From positions 13,330,001-13,394,000 of the forward strand of contig CP075497.1 in NCBI GenBank assembly GCA_021613535.1: a stretch of DNA of 64,000 bases, in the 5' to 3' direction. Each line of letters opens with the position of its first letter. Position 1 is the first letter of the stretch. Below the pieces are notes generated by a model. The model was not told the origin of the DNA, did no database searches, and worked only from the letters and a program-made list of their open reading frames with translations. Shown piece after piece: positions 61,887 through 64,000 of the stretch. Origin of the DNA: Adineta vaga. Its lineage: Eukaryota > Animalia > Rotifera. A program made the position numbers and the translations under genes.

Positions 61887-64000
61887 TCAAATATTAGATG
61901 GAGAAGATAAAGAGTTTTGATTGTTATTAGGAGGACTTATCCTCTGAATTCTTCCTTTGAAAAACAATCTCTTTCGAAGTTTTAATAAACATCGACATTT
62001 TTTGCAAATAAATCGTTTTTTCCATAGAAATACTAATAATGATAAAATCCAGATAATTGCAAATGTAAGAAATAATCCACTCATTGAATCAATTCCCATT
62101 GCAGTAGACTCTTCCTCTGTTGCCGGACACGTGCGAGATTCGAACCATTTTACTCTTAAATTTTCCAACACACCTGCTTCTCTTAATGCTAAAATATTAA
62201 CATCTAAATCTTTAGCATATAACCATTGTTTAGGTGTAACAATACCAATTACACCCTTATTAAAACCTTGTCCAACTATTGTTAAATTACAATAAATATT
62301 ATTGGTAACATATTGTCCAGTAGGCATAGCTATGAAAGCAGCATCAATAGTATCCAAGAATAAACTATCGTATAAATGTTGTATATTTTTTATTGCATAA
62401 AAATTTCGATTTCCATTAGAGACTTCTCGTAAGTAAAAATCTACATGAGCCGACCCTGAGAGAATACCAATACGATTAAATGAAATTTTTCCCTTTTTAA
62501 TATCATCAAGGCCTTCAATAATACTTTGCGACTTCTTGATTGTTAAATCAGATGCTAAATTAGCAGTATAAGACGCCACTAAGACTAAACATAACAGATA
62601 CAAACCAATAGTTAATAATCGTCCAGCAGCTGTTTTCACATGATAATCAACTCCATATCCCATTACTGTTCCAATTGAATACCATAAACTCATTACACCT
62701 GCAGAAGGAATTGATCTTTCTTGTAATGAGTCATTATCATGTTTCTCTAATAGACAAAGTGAAATACTTGCTAAAACACATGCACCTAAAACCATTAACC
62801 ATAGATTTGGTGAAAATGGTTTTAAATATGATAATAATTCAATCGTAGTAGCAGATTCTTTTCGCATTATAATACATAGTGCATGATCAAATATAGGACT
62901 AGAAAATCCAGCAATTTCTCTTCGTGCACTAGTAATTGCGAGATCAGTAACGACAATATCATAAACACCATCGGCTGCTAACTGAACTAACTGAGTATAA
63001 GTCATATTTGACGGCGCTATTCGAATATCTGGAATAAATCCCATTCGACTACGTAGAAGTTCGATTAACTCAGGTAAATAACCAATTAATTTTGTTACAT
63101 TTTTTCCAGATGAATCTAGGATAGTATCTTGTTTTGTGAATGGTGGTGTTTCAAATACAGCAATCCGTAAAGTAACACCTGCAAGTTTTGCTTGATCCAT
63201 TGGAATAGTCAATGAATTACCGGGCCAACTGATAATATTCGCTCCTGCCAGTGAATATCCTGTCCAATCATATGGATATGCATATTTTAACACAGGAGTA
63301 AAAAGAATATCATTTGCACTGTATTGAATATTTTGTGCATAATAATATGAACCATTGATTCGATCAGTTGTATTTCCACTAAATCGTATAGGACCTGAAA
63401 CTCCAACAAACTCTATTGAATTAATTGTATTCAACATTGAATTAGAATGAATAAAGTGACGATCAAAACAATATGATGATCCAGTAAATGATAAACATGA
63501 CTGATTTTGAGTTGTGGCACAAAGCTTTTGTAATGATAGAATTAATGACCATGTAGCATCAAATGCAAATAATGCATATGGGTTGACTTTGGTTGGATCA
63601 GGCACTGTTTCTGGTTCATATTGTTGCCAAAGTTGATAGGCAGCATTTAACAATGTTGTATTGATTGGTGCATCAACGATACTTCCTGTAGCAGGTTCAA
63701 TACTCAACATACCAACTAATTTGTCATACAATGATCGATTAAATGAAGTAAGTGGAACAGTTCCACGAACTATCCAAGTAAATTGTGGACCAAGAACATC
63801 AGAATCAAGAGCATTTTGTAAAACTAATTGTGTAAATTGTGCTGAAACCCATAGAACAACAATTCGAGCTGCACTATTCCTTAACAAACTTTTTAAATCA
63901 CCTCTAATCTTTAATGTATCAATATCAAAGACAATCGAATTTTGAATAATGAGATTATATTTAGTAAATGTTTCACTCACAACCTTGAATCTACCGTCAC
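61887..64000 (-). CDS. Second AvGluR1-like ionotropic glutamate receptor, 5'-partial
   Basis: Frame open to the window edge; paralog of 14771..17413 (LGPQFTWI, NPYALFAFDATW, SYTANLASDL); pore loop TVMGYGVD. Confidence 0.92.
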   Translation of the reverse strand, partial: DGRFKVVSETFTKYNLIIQNSIVFDIDTLKIRGDLKSLLRNSAARIVVLWVSAQFTQLVLQNALDSDVLGPQFTWIVRGTVPLTSFNRSLYDKLVGMLSIEPATGSIVDAPINTTLLNAAYQLWQQYEPETVPDPTKVNPYALFAFDATWSLILSLQKLCATTQNQSCLSFTGSSYCFDRHFIHSNSMLNTINSIEFVGVSGPIRFSGNTTDRINGSYYYAQNIQYSANDILFTPVLKYAYPYDWTGYSLAGANIISWPGNSLTIPMDQAKLAGVTLRIAVFETPPFTKQDTILDSSGKNVTKLIGYLPELIELLRSRMGFIPDIRIAPSNMTYTQLVQLAADGVYDIVVTDLAITSARREIAGFSSPIFDHALCIIMRKESATTIELLSYLKPFSPNLWLMVLGACVLASISLCLLEKHDNDSLQERSIPSAGVMSLWYSIGTVMGYGVDYHVKTAAGRLLTIGLYLLCLVLVASYTANLASDLTIKKSQSIIEGLDDIKKGKISFNRIGILSGSAHVDFYLREVSNGNRNFYAIKNIQHLYDSLFLDTIDAAFIAMPTGQYVTNNIYCNLTIVGQGFNKGVIGIVTPKQWLYAKDLDVNILALREAGVLENLRVKWFESRTCPATEEESTAMGIDSMSGLFLTFAIIWILSLLVFLWKKRFICKKCRCLLKLRKRLFFKGRIQRISPPNNNQNSLSSPSNI

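Noticed and set aside
1-64000. Bacterial contig, operon or prophage interpretation; rRNA/tRNA genes
   Set aside because: Spliceosomal introns, metazoan receptor families and eukaryotic TEs throughout; no rRNA- or tRNA-like sequence recognised

Overview
AT-rich eukaryotic genomic DNA with short GT-AG introns, most consistent with a bdelloid rotifer (Adineta/Rotaria-like). That assignment is inferred from the gene content: intronless AvGluR1-like glutamate receptors, orphan GPCRs, NHL-repeat, WWE/ankyrin-ADP-ribosyltransferase, FG-GAP/REJ polycystin and LDLa-EGF-GPCR genes, plus several horizontal-transfer candidates. The window is a gene-family and pseudogene-rich accessory region. Apparently intact genes: two GPCRs, a fungal-type PLD, two iGluRs (one cut by the window edge), a WWE-ART, a SET protein, a SLOG/LOG-like protein and a GFA protein. 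Broken genes: LGIC, ankyrin-ART, P-loop GTPase, NHL, ALO/GULO oxidase, LDLa-GPCR and polycystin-like. Mobile DNA: two hAT transposons with perfect 8-bp TSDs (one apparently intact, one internally deleted), several MITEs, LTR/MULE/piggyBac/mariner remnants, and a 93-bp tandem array with a distant inverted copy. The most striking unexplained pattern is a family of about 17 short inverted elements, consensus roughly (ATC)TTGAGGGTGTGGGTG-N15..40-CACCCACACCCTCAA(GAT), built from bdelloid telomere-like hexamers (TGTGGG/TGAGGG). They occur about once per intergenic interval regardless of gene orientation, and several sit exactly at stop codons or gene-truncation points. All homology calls are from motif recognition by eye; no searches were run.
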